Of a stretch of 64,000 bases of DNA, positions 11,056 through 20,965 are shown one piece after another; positions within the stretch are counted from its first letter, which is position 1; each line of letters starts with the position of its first letter. The translations under genes were made by a program, and so were the position numbers. The stretch is from assembly GCA_944372195.1 (NCBI GenBank), contig CALVYK010000004.1:9342-73341 (forward strand). Direction: 5' to 3'. The DNA comes from an uncultured Bacilli bacterium. GTDB taxonomy: Bacteria > Bacillota_I > Bacilli_A > RF39 > UBA660. The notes under the pieces are model-generated. The model had not been told where the DNA came from. It saw only the letters and a list, made by a program, of their open reading frames with translations, and did no database searches.

Positions 11056-11145
11056 ATGAAGAAAAAAGATTTATTAATCTCATATCTAATATTAATTATC
11101 ATTTTATTAACAATATCTTTATTGATATTATGTATAAAAAAATAG
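11056..11145 (+). CDS. Putative type I toxin, 29-aa single-TM peptide MKKKDLLISYLILIIILLTISLLILCIKK
   Basis: AAGGAGG RBS; promoter TTGTTA-17-TATAAT (10963-10991); hydrophobic core with basic ends; mRNA 5' and 3' ends complementary. Confidence 0.75.
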   Translation: MKKKDLLISYLILIIILLTISLLILCIKK

Positions 11146-11254
11146 TACTCAATCTAACGGATTAAGTACTTTTCTAAAATTAAAATAATAGGTGAGTACT
11201 CAACATAGGAAAGTTAAGTATTCCCTTTTTTATTATATTCAAGTTTCCTTGACA
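11135..11254 (-). ncRNA. Putative antisense antitoxin RNA, copy 1
   Basis: Minus-strand promoter TTGACA(11288-83)-17-TACAAT(11265-60) with a TG extension; 5' GAAA-loop hairpin; terminator AGTACTTAATC..GATTGAGTACT plus T-run at the toxin stop. Confidence 0.65.
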
Positions 11255-11410
11255 AATACATTGTATCATAAAATGATATGTTTGTCAAAACAAATTAATT
11301 AAAAATTAACAAAATTATTGTATATAAAGTTAATTTATAGTATAATTACTTATAGGGAATATTAACTGTTGGGTACTTGCCGAGTTCTTAACGAAGGAGG
11401 CTTGATGATT

Positions 11411-11499
11411 ATGAAGAAAAAAGATTATTAATCTCATATCTAATATTAATTATCATTTTATTAACAATATCTTTATTGATATTATGTATAAAAAAATAG
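11411..11499 (+). pseudogene. Frameshifted second copy of the putative toxin
   Basis: 1-nt deletion (gatttatta to gattatta) gives MKKKDY*; the rest of the ORF is identical to copy 1. Confidence 0.7.
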
Positions 11500-11604
11500 T
11501 ACTCAATCAAATTGATTAAGTACTTACCAAAACAAATTATAGGCGAGTACTCAACATAGCAAAGTTAAGCATTCCCTTTTTATTATACGCAAGTTTCCTT
11601 GACA
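11489..11604 (-). ncRNA. Putative antisense antitoxin RNA, copy 2
   Basis: Minus-strand promoter (-35 at 11633-38, -10 at 11610-15) and terminator hairpin as in copy 1. Confidence 0.6.
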
Positions 11605-11783
11605 AATACATTGTATCATAAAATAATATGTTTGTCAAAACAAATTAATTTTTAATTAATTTTATATTTCTAATTACTATAAATATTTTTATAAAATAAT
11701 TTTCAATTTAACATAATTTGTTTTTTGCCTATAATAATAGTCATTATTTATACTTTTATTAATAAATTTTGGGTGATGATTAT

Positions 11784-12746
11784 ATGAACAAAAATAGAGA
11801 AATATTAATTAAACAAAAAATATTAAATACAAGACTTGCAAAGTTTTTGAAAGAAAATAAAATTAAAAATTTAAGAATGATAAGTATGGGCAATTCTATT
11901 GCTTCTGGATATTCAGTTGTTAGAGTGACTATACCTTTGTTATTGAGAAATGAATCTTTATTTAATATTATGCAAAAAAATGGAATAAATGTTGATCTAC
12001 ATCATTTTGCTCGTGCACAAAATAATTATGACGAACATATTTTTGAATGGATAGAAAATAATATCAAAGAATCCATAATACATAAAATGAATAGAAGCGA
12101 TTACGAAAGTGATATTGTTGGTATGGGTACTCATGGATTATCTAAACAAAAAATAGAGGAGTATTATCCAACTGAAATTGAAAATGATAATGGCCTACAA
12201 AAAGTAATAACGGAATCAAATGATAATTTAGCAAATGTTATTATATATAATGGTGCTACTGGATCTTTAATTGATGGCTTAACTAGACACGGTACTATTT
12301 TTCAGCAATTTCTACATGGTGTAAAAAGAGATATTAACAGCATTGAATCTATTTTAAAAGTAATTCAAACATATAATAGAGAAAAGAATAGTAATACTCA
12401 AGTATATTTGTGTGGTGTTCCTAATTTTTTAGGTTTAAATTTATCAGAATTAATTAATGCTAAACTAAAAAAAATAGCTAGCAAATATGCAAACGTTACA
12501 TATGTCGAACCTGTAAAATCAAAACTTTTTTATCAAAAGATGAATAAAAAAAATAATTTTTTGGAATTTAAAGGAATAGATGTTCATTATGATGAAGACG
12601 AATATATTGAATTTAACAATAATATAATAAAATCTATTGTTGATAATTATCAAATTTTACAATCATTAATTAATGTTGATAGATTATTTTACAAATTAAA
12701 TAGACAAATTGAACTAGAAAAAAAATTATTTAATATCAGATCTTGA
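11784..12746 (+). CDS. SGNH/GDSL-like hypothetical protein, probably frameshifted near its 3' end (alternative frame open to 12936)
   Basis: ISMGNSIASGY block-I-like motif and DVH near the C-terminus; A8 run at 12718-12725. Confidence 0.6.
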   Translation: MNKNREILIKQKILNTRLAKFLKENKIKNLRMISMGNSIASGYSVVRVTIPLLLRNESLFNIMQKNGINVDLHHFARAQNNYDEHIFEWIENNIKESIIHKMNRSDYESDIVGMGTHGLSKQKIEEYYPTEIENDNGLQKVITESNDNLANVIIYNGATGSLIDGLTRHGTIFQQFLHGVKRDINSIESILKVIQTYNREKNSNTQVYLCGVPNFLGLNLSELINAKLKKIASKYANVTYVEPVKSKLFYQKMNKKNNFLEFKGIDVHYDEDEYIEFNNNIIKSIVDNYQILQSLINVDRLFYKLNRQIELEKKLFNIRS

Positions 12747-13069
12747 AACAAAAAATCAAATTATTTTTCAAGTAATCTATAATGGAATGAACAAGATAAA
12801 TAATTTGAAAAAAAGATGCATATTTTTAAGACGATTAAAAAAGTATATAATAGAGAGATTTCCATATGATTTTGCTTATTTAGGCAAGAGTGAAATAAAT
12901 GAAACTATGAATAAATTAAAAATACATAATAAATAAATATGTATTTTTAATTATGCTTATTATATTGTGATTAAATCTATTAAATTACGCAATATAAATT
13001 TGTTAAAATAGTCTTTTTAAATATTGCATTTCGTGATATAATTAATATTATGAAAAAGAGGTTATATGC

Positions 13070-13483
13070 ATGGAACAATTAAATAGAAGTGAAGCAAGAA
13101 AAATTATTATGACCATTCTTTATCAAATGGTTGTTTATGATAAAAATAAAATGATTTATGAAGTAGATGATGTTATAAAAGAAAATTTAGAAATCGATAA
13201 TGAATTTGTTAAAGATATTGTATATGGTGTTATAACGTATCAAAATGATTTAGATAAAATTGCTAATAAATATTTAAATAATTGGACAATTGATCGTTTG
13301 GGTAGTACCGATATTGCTATTTTAAGAATGGGTATTTATGAATTATTGTATACTAAAACGCCAAGTATAGTTTCTATTAACGAAGCTGTTGAACTAGCTA
13401 AAACATATAGTGATGAAAGTGTTGCTAAAATGATTAATGCCGTTTTAGATAAAGTATATCATGAGATGGTGGAACATGAATGA
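13070..13483 (+). CDS. nusB: Transcription antitermination factor NusB
   Basis: RSEAR, WTIDRL, ILRMGIYEL, SINEAVELAK, INAVLDK. Confidence 0.95.
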   Translation: MEQLNRSEARKIIMTILYQMVVYDKNKMIYEVDDVIKENLEIDNEFVKDIVYGVITYQNDLDKIANKYLNNWTIDRLGSTDIAILRMGIYELLYTKTPSIVSINEAVELAKTYSDESVAKMINAVLDKVYHEMVEHE

Positions 13484-14813
13484 TAAGTATTTAAGTGTAA
13501 GTGTTATAAATAGATATATTAAACATGTAATAGATACTGATGCTAATTTACAAAGAGTCTTTATTAAAGGTGAAATATCTAATTTTAAAGCTCATTCAAC
13601 AGGGCATTTATATTTTTCAATTAAAGATGAAACTAGTAAAATAAATGCTATTATGTTTAGTGGTAATGCACGCAAATTAAATTTTAATCCGACTGATGGA
13701 ACTAAAGTTTTAATAACAGGAAGAATTAGTGTATATGAAGCTACCGGTAATTATCAAATTTATGTTGATGAAATGATCGAAGATGGAGTCGGCAATTTAT
13801 ATATCGCTTTTGAAAAATTAAAAAAGAAATTAGCCGCTGAAGGATTATTTGATAGCAAATATAAAAAGCCAATACCTAAATATCCTACTAAAATAGGAGT
13901 GGTTACGGCAAATACCGGGGCTGCTATTAAGGATATTTTATCAACAATTAAAAGAAGATTTCCGATTGCACAAGTTATATTATTTCCGAGTTTAGTCCAA
14001 GGAGATAATGCGGCTAAAGATATTGTTAAAAATATTAAATTAGCAAATACTTATGATTTAGATGTTTTAATAGTTGGTCGTGGTGGTGGATCTATTGAAG
14101 ATTTGTGGCCTTTTAATGAAGAGATTGTAGCTAGAGCTATATTTGATTCTAAAATACCAGTTATTAGTGCAGTAGGTCATGAAGTTGATTTTACAATAGC
14201 TGATTTTGTAGCTGATTTAAGGGCCCCAACTCCAACTGGTGCTGCTGAAATGGCTGTTCCTAATTTAGTTGATTTAAATAAATATATCGAACAATTAAAA
14301 ATAAGATTAAGTTCTGATATAATTAAAAAAATAAATATTCTTAAATTAAATTTAGATAGTTTAAGAAATTCTTATATACTTAAAAATCCATCAATTTTAT
14401 TTGAAAACAAAAAACAAAATTTAGATTTAATAAGTAATAAAATAAATGAATTATTGTTAAAAAAATTAGAACTAAAAAAACTGCATTTGGATAGTTTAAG
14501 AAATTCATATATTTTAAAAAATCCTAATATGTTGTTTGAAAATAAAAAGCAAAATTTAATTTTATTAACTAAAGAATTAAATAAAACAATTAATTTAAAA
14601 ATAGATAATAATGTTAATAAATTAAATACTATTATTGAAAAACTAGAACTTATTAATCCTTTAAATGTTATGAAAAGAGGTTTTAGTTTAACTTATAAAG
14701 ATAATAAATTAATTAGAAGTGTTAAAAAAATTAAGAAAGATGATGAATTAAATATTAAATTTAATGATGGTAATATAATAGTAAATGTAAAGGAGATAAA
14801 TAATGAAATTTGA
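13476..14813 (+). CDS. xseA: Exodeoxyribonuclease VII large subunit
   Basis: GEISN, GHLYFSIKD, GRGGGSIEDLW, SAVGHEVD, TPTGAAE; ATG 13476 overlaps the nusB end. Confidence 0.97.
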   Translation: MNDKYLSVSVINRYIKHVIDTDANLQRVFIKGEISNFKAHSTGHLYFSIKDETSKINAIMFSGNARKLNFNPTDGTKVLITGRISVYEATGNYQIYVDEMIEDGVGNLYIAFEKLKKKLAAEGLFDSKYKKPIPKYPTKIGVVTANTGAAIKDILSTIKRRFPIAQVILFPSLVQGDNAAKDIVKNIKLANTYDLDVLIVGRGGGSIEDLWPFNEEIVARAIFDSKIPVISAVGHEVDFTIADFVADLRAPTPTGAAEMAVPNLVDLNKYIEQLKIRLSSDIIKKINILKLNLDSLRNSYILKNPSILFENKKQNLDLISNKINELLLKKLELKKLHLDSLRNSYILKNPNMLFENKKQNLILLTKELNKTINLKIDNNVNKLNTIIEKLELINPLNVMKRGFSLTYKDNKLIRSVKKIKKDDELNIKFNDGNIIVNVKEINNEI

Positions 14814-15012
14814 AGAAAAAATTAAAAAATTAGAAGATATTGTTGCTACTTTAGAAAGTGATACAAATGATTTAGAAGATTCAATTAATAAATATAGTGA
14901 AGCAATGAAATTAGTTAAAGAATGTGATGAACAATTAAAAAATGTCGAAGAAAGTGTTAATAAAATAGTTAGTGAAAACGGTGAATTAGAAGACTTAAAT
15001 ATCGAAGAATAA
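14803..15012 (+). CDS. xseB: Exodeoxyribonuclease VII small subunit
   Basis: KFEEKIKKLEDIV..LE..LEDSI; follows xseA. Confidence 0.95.
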   Translation: MKFEEKIKKLEDIVATLESDTNDLEDSINKYSEAMKLVKECDEQLKNVEESVNKIVSENGELEDLNIEE

Positions 15013-15108
15013 GTCTTTTTTTCTTGCTAAAAATAAATAAATAATGTATACTTTTTATAGAAAAAAATCTATATAAAATGATAAGACGTTATAATAATGA
15101 GGTGAAAA

Positions 15109-16128
15109 ATGAAAGATAAATTAATTGGAAATGAAAAAAATATTTTATTTTATAATGATAATGAAGGAAACATAAAAGTTGAAGTTCTTCTAGAAAATGA
15201 AGATGTTTGGTTAAATACAGAAGCACTTGCTACACTTTTTAATATTGATAGAAGTGGTATTGCAAGACATATTAATAATATCTATAAAGATGAAGAATTA
15301 GAAGAAAATATCACATGTGCAAAAATTGCACATGTGGGTAATGATGGAAAGCAATCATATAATACAAAATATTATAATTTAGATATGATTATTTCTATTG
15401 GCTTTAGAGTTAATTCTAAAAAGGCAATAAAATTTAGGACTTGGGCTAATAAAATAATAAAAGATTATATGGTACAAGGCTTTGTTTTAAATGATGAAAG
15501 ATTTATGAAAGCAAAGAAAACGGATCAAGAATATTTTAAAAGATTACTTGAAAGAATAAAATTAATTCGTACAAGTGAAAGAATGTTTTATCAGAAAATT
15601 ACTGATATTTTTGCTGAGTGTTCAATTGATTATGATAGAAATAGTGATATGGCAATAACATTTTATAAAACAATTCAAAATAAATTTCACTATGCTATTA
15701 CAGGCCAAACTGCAGCCGAAATAGTTTATAATAGAGTAGATTCTAACAAGAAAAATATGGGTCTTACTACTTGGGAAAATTCTCCTGATGGTAAGATATT
15801 AAAATCTGATTGTATAATTGCTAAAAATTATTTAGATGAAAAAGAAATAAAAAATTTAAATAATTTGGTAAACTTATTTTTAGATATTGCTGAGAATAAT
15901 GCTGAAAGAAATATACCGATGTATATGAATGATTGGACCAACGAGGTAGAAAATGCTTTGAAATTATTTCATTATGAAGTATTAGAAGGAAAAGGAAAGA
16001 TTTCACATAAGCAAGCAGTAGAAAAGGCAGAAAGTGAATATGAAAAATACAAAGTGATTCAAGATAAAAATTATATTTCTGATTTTGATAAATTATTAAA
16101 TGAAGCAAAACAAATAGAAAATAATTAA
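15109..16128 (+). CDS. RhuM-family DNA-binding protein
   Basis: YYNLDMIISIGFRVNS, FRTWA, IRTSERMFYQKITD, QNKFHYAITGQTAAE, IAKNYL. Confidence 0.9.
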   Translation: MKDKLIGNEKNILFYNDNEGNIKVEVLLENEDVWLNTEALATLFNIDRSGIARHINNIYKDEELEENITCAKIAHVGNDGKQSYNTKYYNLDMIISIGFRVNSKKAIKFRTWANKIIKDYMVQGFVLNDERFMKAKKTDQEYFKRLLERIKLIRTSERMFYQKITDIFAECSIDYDRNSDMAITFYKTIQNKFHYAITGQTAAEIVYNRVDSNKKNMGLTTWENSPDGKILKSDCIIAKNYLDEKEIKNLNNLVNLFLDIAENNAERNIPMYMNDWTNEVENALKLFHYEVLEGKGKISHKQAVEKAESEYEKYKVIQDKNYISDFDKLLNEAKQIENN

Positions 16129-16192
16129 AATTGTAATCAAAACTAATAAAAATTGATAGAGTTTAAAAATATTTTATTTTTAGGAGAAATAT

Positions 16193-16729
16193 ATGGATGT
16201 TATAATAGAAGTTAAAGAAAAATTAAAAAGAAAACATCAAATATTATTTGATAAAAAAAGTCTTTTTTTACAAGATTTGATGTTTTTAATAAGTGAACAA
16301 AATCATAAAGTATTAACACTATGGGCTTTAGATTTAGCACTTGAATTAGTTAATTATTTAGAAGAAAAATATCCAAATGAAGATAGATTTAGAATAGCTT
16401 TAGATAAAACTAAGTTATGGGCGCAAGGTGAAATTAAAATGCCAGAAGCTAAAAGAGCAATTTTAAATTGTCATGCTGTAGCTAAAGAATTAACTAATAA
16501 AGAAGATATCGCTTTATGTCATGCCATTGGTCAAGCCTGTGGCGTTGTTCATACGGTTGGTCACGCAATTGGACTTCCTATTTATGAACTAACAGCTATT
16601 GTTTATAAATATGGTATTGGTAATTGCAAAGATAAATTAATAAATAGAAAAAATGAATATATTGATAAAATATATTATTATCAAGAACATTATAAAGAAT
16701 ATCAAAAATGGGCTAAATTTTATAATTAA
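16193..16729 (+). CDS. Imm5-like putative immunity protein
   Basis: LTLWAL, WAQGEIKM..AKRAIL..HA, HAIGQACGVVHT..HA. Confidence 0.7.
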   Translation: MDVIIEVKEKLKRKHQILFDKKSLFLQDLMFLISEQNHKVLTLWALDLALELVNYLEEKYPNEDRFRIALDKTKLWAQGEIKMPEAKRAILNCHAVAKELTNKEDIALCHAIGQACGVVHTVGHAIGLPIYELTAIVYKYGIGNCKDKLINRKNEYIDKIYYYQEHYKEYQKWAKFYN

Positions 16730-17022
16730 TGGAAAATATAATGATGATGACAAATTTTTTATTTGAAAAATATATTTTAATATATTTAATTATAATAAAT
16801 TCGACAACTTTTATAGTGTTTGCTCTTGATAAAATTTGTGCAATAAAGAAAAAATGGCGATATAAGGAAGCTTCTTTATTAGGAATGTGTTTAGTTGGTG
16901 GAGCAATTGGTGGCTTTTTAGCAATGCATTTATTTCATCACAAAACTAAGAAAAAAGTTTTTGTAATTGGAGTTCCATTAATGTTAATAATTCAAATAAT
17001 GATTTTGTTGTTTATTAAATGA
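16729..17022 (+). CDS. DUF1294 membrane protein
   Basis: DK..A.KKKWR..E..L, GGAIG, FHHKTKK. Confidence 0.85.
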   Translation: MENIMMMTNFLFEKYILIYLIIINSTTFIVFALDKICAIKKKWRYKEASLLGMCLVGGAIGGFLAMHLFHHKTKKKVFVIGVPLMLIIQIMILLFIK

Positions 17023-17145
17023 TATTAAATTTATTAAAGAAGTGTTTTTTATTTCAATTTTATTACAAAACCATAATATTAAATGTGTAATATAAAAATT
17101 AATGATATAACAATTGTTATATATAATAATTAAAGGAGAATATGG

Positions 17146-17655
17146 ATGAAAAAAATAATAATTATAATTTTAATATTTTTAGTTATTGGTGTATGTACTT
17201 TGTTATATTTAAAAATGAAATCTAATGAAAGTGGCAATTTAAATGAAGTAGATAATCAATTGAATAATAAAAATGATAAAGTTGGAGGTGAAAGTGTGAA
17301 TGAGTTTGTAAATAAAATTAATATAAATATCAATGGTGTAACTTATACGGCTACTTTAGAAGATAATGATACAGCAAAAGAATTAGTTAGTAGAATGCCT
17401 TTTACAATTGAAATGAATGAATTAAATAGTAATGAAAAATATTATTATTTTGATAAATCATTTCCAACCAATTCATCACGAATAAATAGAATTAATAATG
17501 GTGATATTATGCTTTATGGAAGTGATTGTTTAGTTTTATTTTATGAATCTTTTAATACCAGTTATTCATATACAAGAATTGGTAAAATAGATAATCCAAA
17601 TAATTTAAAAAATGTTGTTGGTAATGGTAACATAACAATTACATTTACAAAATAG
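17146..17655 (+). CDS. Cyclophilin-like fold protein with N-terminal membrane anchor
   Basis: ATLEDNDTA, MNELNSNEKYY, GDIMLYGSDCLVLFY, YTRIGKI. Confidence 0.8.
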   Translation: MKKIIIIILIFLVIGVCTLLYLKMKSNESGNLNEVDNQLNNKNDKVGGESVNEFVNKINININGVTYTATLEDNDTAKELVSRMPFTIEMNELNSNEKYYYFDKSFPTNSSRINRINNGDIMLYGSDCLVLFYESFNTSYSYTRIGKIDNPNNLKNVVGNGNITITFTK

Positions 17656-17678
17656 AAAGAAGGAATATTTAATGAAAA

Positions 17679-17774
17679 ATGATAATGGCAACTGGTGGGG
17701 GAATAAGTATTATAATAATTATCATTTCATTATTTATGATTATTAAAGCAATTGAATATTTAAATAAAGAATAA
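17679..17774 (+). pseudogene. Short remnant resembling the C-terminus of a membrane protein (MIMATGGGISIIIIIISLFMIIKAIEYLNKE)
   Basis: The RBS plus ATGAAAA at 17672 is out of frame with this hydrophobic tail; possible deletion scar. Confidence 0.35.
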
Positions 17775-17856
17775 TAAACCAGAACTATTAAGTTTTGTTT
17801 TTTTTATGATATAATGCTTTTAATAGATAAGTAATAATTTTAAAATGAGGCGTTAT

Positions 17857-18270
17857 ATGAAAAATAAATTATTGTATATAGTAATTGCAATATTAAGTTT
17901 TATTTTTATATTCGTTGATAAATTTATTATAAAATCAGAATATGGTTGGTTAGAAATAATTCTTTTTATAATATGTATTATATTATTAATTTTTAGCATA
18001 ATAAAATTGTTTCAATTATCAAAATTCTCAAAACCAGTAAAAATAATATTAGAAATAGTAACTATTTTAATTGTTATATGGTTTTCTTTATTAAGTATTG
18101 ATTATAAAAGACATATAAATTTATATTCACCATTATTTAGTATTGGTTATAAAGTGGTTCAAGATTACGACATGAATATAGAAAATGGTAGAGTAAATAC
18201 AATTAAAAGTACATTTTATTTGTTTGGTATTAAAATAAATGAAGTTTATGTTGTAGTAGATTACTACTAA
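17857..18270 (+). CDS. Hypothetical membrane protein
   Basis: ORF with three TM segments; GAGG RBS. Confidence 0.7.
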   Translation: MKNKLLYIVIAILSFIFIFVDKFIIKSEYGWLEIILFIICIILLIFSIIKLFQLSKFSKPVKIILEIVTILIVIWFSLLSIDYKRHINLYSPLFSIGYKVVQDYDMNIENGRVNTIKSTFYLFGIKINEVYVVVDYY

Positions 18271-18373
18271 ATTATAATTTTGTGATTTATTATAAGTATT
18301 ATATGACTAAATTGTAAGATTAATATAATTTCTTTTGTGATATAATTAAAGATAAATAAAAGGAGTTGATAAA

Positions 18374-19474
18374 ATGGGTTATATTGAAGCTATTAAAACA
18401 GCAGTTGTTATTTTTCCTTTTATTGCTTTTTTATTTACACTACCATTTATACTACACCAATATCACAAATATGGATCAATTCATAAATTTCGAACATTAA
18501 TTATTTACTCGTTTATTTTATACATGATTACTATTTATTTTTTAGTTATTTTACCGCTTCCGGCAATTGATTCGGTAACTAAGCCAGATAGATTAATGAA
18601 TTTAGTACCATTTTCTTTTGTTGATGATTTTATCAATAAAAGTTCATTTATTATAAATGATCCTGATACTTATTTAAAAACATTAACTAGTTCAAGTTTT
18701 TATGTAGCGGCTTTTAATATTTTAATGACTATACCATTTGGTATGTATTTAAGATATTATTTTAAATGTAGTTTAAAAAAAGTATTTTTATTTAGTTTTT
18801 GTTTAAGTTTATTTTTTGAGTTAACGCAACTAACAGGATTATATTTTATTTATCCTTATCCATATCGCTTATTTGATGTTGATGATTTAATATTAAATAC
18901 TTTAGGTGGAATATTAGGTTATTTTATAATGGGGTTAGTTGATAACTTTTTACCAACTCGTGATGAAATAGATAAGCAATCAAAAGAATTAGGCAAAACG
19001 GTATCTGGGTTAAGAAGAGTTGTATTATTCTTTTTAGATATGTTTATTTATTTTATATTATTTATTTTAGTAAGCATATTTACTGATAAATCTTTATATA
19101 TTGTATTTATAATATATTATATTTTAATACCATATTTTAAAAACAATCAAACATTAGGTGGGATGTTTTTAAATGTTAAATTAGAATTTCCAAATAAAAG
19201 ATTAATTAGATTAATATTTAGATCAATATTTATTTTTCTATATTATTTTGTATTAGTTTATTTTTTAATAATAGGTTCTATTTTTATAGTAAATTATTTA
19301 AATTTAAATCAATTTATATCTTTTGCTTTATATATTTTAGTTTTGTTAGGAATATTTATTTTCTATTTAACAAACATAATAATAATTTTAAAAGATAAGA
19401 AAATATTTTATGATAAGTTATTTAAAGTTACATATGAAAGCACAATTGTAATTGAAGAAGTAAGTCAAGAATGA
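18374..19474 (+). CDS. VanZ family protein with RDD-like C-terminus
   Basis: FNILMTIPFG, SLFFELTQL, RLFDVDDLILNTLGG, RRVVLFFLD. Confidence 0.88.
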   Translation: MGYIEAIKTAVVIFPFIAFLFTLPFILHQYHKYGSIHKFRTLIIYSFILYMITIYFLVILPLPAIDSVTKPDRLMNLVPFSFVDDFINKSSFIINDPDTYLKTLTSSSFYVAAFNILMTIPFGMYLRYYFKCSLKKVFLFSFCLSLFFELTQLTGLYFIYPYPYRLFDVDDLILNTLGGILGYFIMGLVDNFLPTRDEIDKQSKELGKTVSGLRRVVLFFLDMFIYFILFILVSIFTDKSLYIVFIIYYILIPYFKNNQTLGGMFLNVKLEFPNKRLIRLIFRSIFIFLYYFVLVYFLIIGSIFIVNYLNLNQFISFALYILVLLGIFIFYLTNIIIILKDKKIFYDKLFKVTYESTIVIEEVSQE

Positions 19475-19499
19475 TTTACTTTTTTCATATACCCCCTTA

Positions 19500-19528
19500 T
19501 TTACAATATACCTAGTAGGGTATATAAT
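19500..19528 (+). promoter_or_regulatory. SigA promoter containing a CsoR-type operator
   Basis: TTTACA-17-TATAAT with the palindrome ATATACC-tagtag-GGTATAT (19506-19525), upstream of csoR. Confidence 0.75.
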
Positions 19529-19544
19529 GGTAGTGGTGATATAA

Positions 19545-19838
19545 ATGGAATTAGAAAATCAAAAGAAAACAGTAAGAAGCGAGGAAGAAAAGAAAAAAAT
19601 AATAAATCGCCTAAATAGAATAAAAGGGCAAATTACAGGAATTGAAAAAATGGTTAATAATGATTCATATTGTAATGATATATTAATACAAGTTGTTGCT
19701 GTTGAAAAATCAATGAAAAGTTTAGCTAATTTTATATTACAGGATCACTTATATAAATGCATAGCAAATGATTTAGAAAATGGCAATTTTGAAGTAATAG
19801 ATGAATTAATTAGTTTGTTTAAAAGATTTAATAATTAA
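19545..19838 (+). CDS. csoR: CsoR-family metal-sensing repressor
   Basis: RLNRIKGQI.GI..M, YC.DILIQ, HL..C. Confidence 0.9.
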   Translation: MELENQKKTVRSEEEKKKIINRLNRIKGQITGIEKMVNNDSYCNDILIQVVAVEKSMKSLANFILQDHLYKCIANDLENGNFEVIDELISLFKRFNN

Positions 19839-19849
19839 AGGAGGTTTTT

Positions 19850-20737
19850 ATGAAAACAGAAAGAAATATTTTAGTAGCATTTATTTTAAATATATCATTT
19901 TCTTTATTTGAATTAATAGGAGGATTTTTTACTAATAGTATATCGATAATATCAGATGCTATTCATGATTTTGCTGATGCTTTAAGTATAGGCATATCAT
20001 TAATATTAGAAAAAATAAGTAAAAGAAAACCAGATGAAAAATATACATATGGTTATATAAGATATTCGGTATTAGGGGCATTAATAACAACTGTAATTTT
20101 AACCGTTGGTTCTATCTTTGTAATAATAGGTGGAATTAAAAGAATTTTAAATCCTGTTACAATCAATTATAATGGTATGATTATTTTTGCAATATTTGGT
20201 GTAATAATTAACTTTTTAGCGGCTTATTTTACTAAAGAAGGTAATTCGATAAATCAAAAAGCCGTTAATTTACATATGCTTGAAGATGTTTTAGGCTGGG
20301 TTGTTGTATTGATAGGATCTATTTTAATGAAATTTACAAACATTTCATTAATAGATTCAATTATGTCAATTGCTATAGCTATATTTATATTTGTAAATGC
20401 ATTTAAAAACTTAAAAAACATTTTATTTTTATTCTTAGAAAAGACTCCGATTGGAATTGATTTAAATGAAATAAAAAAACATTTATTAAAAATAGCTGGT
20501 GTTATTGATGTTCATCATATTCATGTTTGGAGTATGGATGGATTTAGTAATTATTCAACTATGCATGTTGTAACAGATAAACAAAATATTAATAAAATAA
20601 AGCATGAAATAAAAGAAGAAATGAAAGAGTTTAATATATGTCATACTACAATTGAAATTGAAAATAAAAATGATTTATGTGATGAAAGAAATTGTGAAAT
20701 TAAAGTTTCTCCTAGTTCTCATCATCATCATCATTAA
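19850..20737 (+). CDS. Cation diffusion facilitator (CzcD-like)
   Basis: SDAIHD, LHMLED, HHIHVWSMDG, His-rich tail. Confidence 0.9.
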   Translation: MKTERNILVAFILNISFSLFELIGGFFTNSISIISDAIHDFADALSIGISLILEKISKRKPDEKYTYGYIRYSVLGALITTVILTVGSIFVIIGGIKRILNPVTINYNGMIIFAIFGVIINFLAAYFTKEGNSINQKAVNLHMLEDVLGWVVVLIGSILMKFTNISLIDSIMSIAIAIFIFVNAFKNLKNILFLFLEKTPIGIDLNEIKKHLLKIAGVIDVHHIHVWSMDGFSNYSTMHVVTDKQNINKIKHEIKEEMKEFNICHTTIEIENKNDLCDERNCEIKVSPSSHHHHH

Positions 20738-20754
20738 ATAGAAAGGAAATTAAA

Positions 20755-20964
20755 ATGAAAGAAGAAAAAATAATTGTCGTTGGTATGCATTGTGAAGGAT
20801 GCCAAAATAGAATTGAAAATTCATTAAAATTAATCGATGGAATTGTTGATGTAAAAGCTGATTATAAAACTGGTTTAGTTACAATTAAAACAAATAAAAA
20901 AATTGATTTAAATGAAGTTATAACTACTATAAATGACATTGGCTTTGAAATAAAGGAAAATTAA
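20755..20964 (+). CDS. copZ: Copper chaperone (HMA domain)
   Basis: GMHCEGC motif in a 69-aa protein next to a P1B ATPase. Confidence 0.85.
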   Translation: MKEEKIIVVGMHCEGCQNRIENSLKLIDGIVDVKADYKTGLVTIKTNKKIDLNEVITTINDIGFEIKEN

Positions 20965-20965
20965 T

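Larger units (their letters stand above)
10960..11650 (+). repeat. Tandem duplication of a ~350-bp type I toxin-antitoxin-like unit (10960-11300 and 11315-11650)
   Basis: Near-identical direct copies including promoters, small ORF and hairpins. Confidence 0.9.

Noticed and set aside
10960-11650. Duplicated unit as an IS/MITE or riboswitch
   Set aside because: No transposase or target duplication; the inverted segments enclose a peptide ORF and a convergent promoter, which fits a type I TA better
10936-11780. Missing mutL after mutS
   Set aside because: Separation of mutS and mutL is common and cannot be judged from this window
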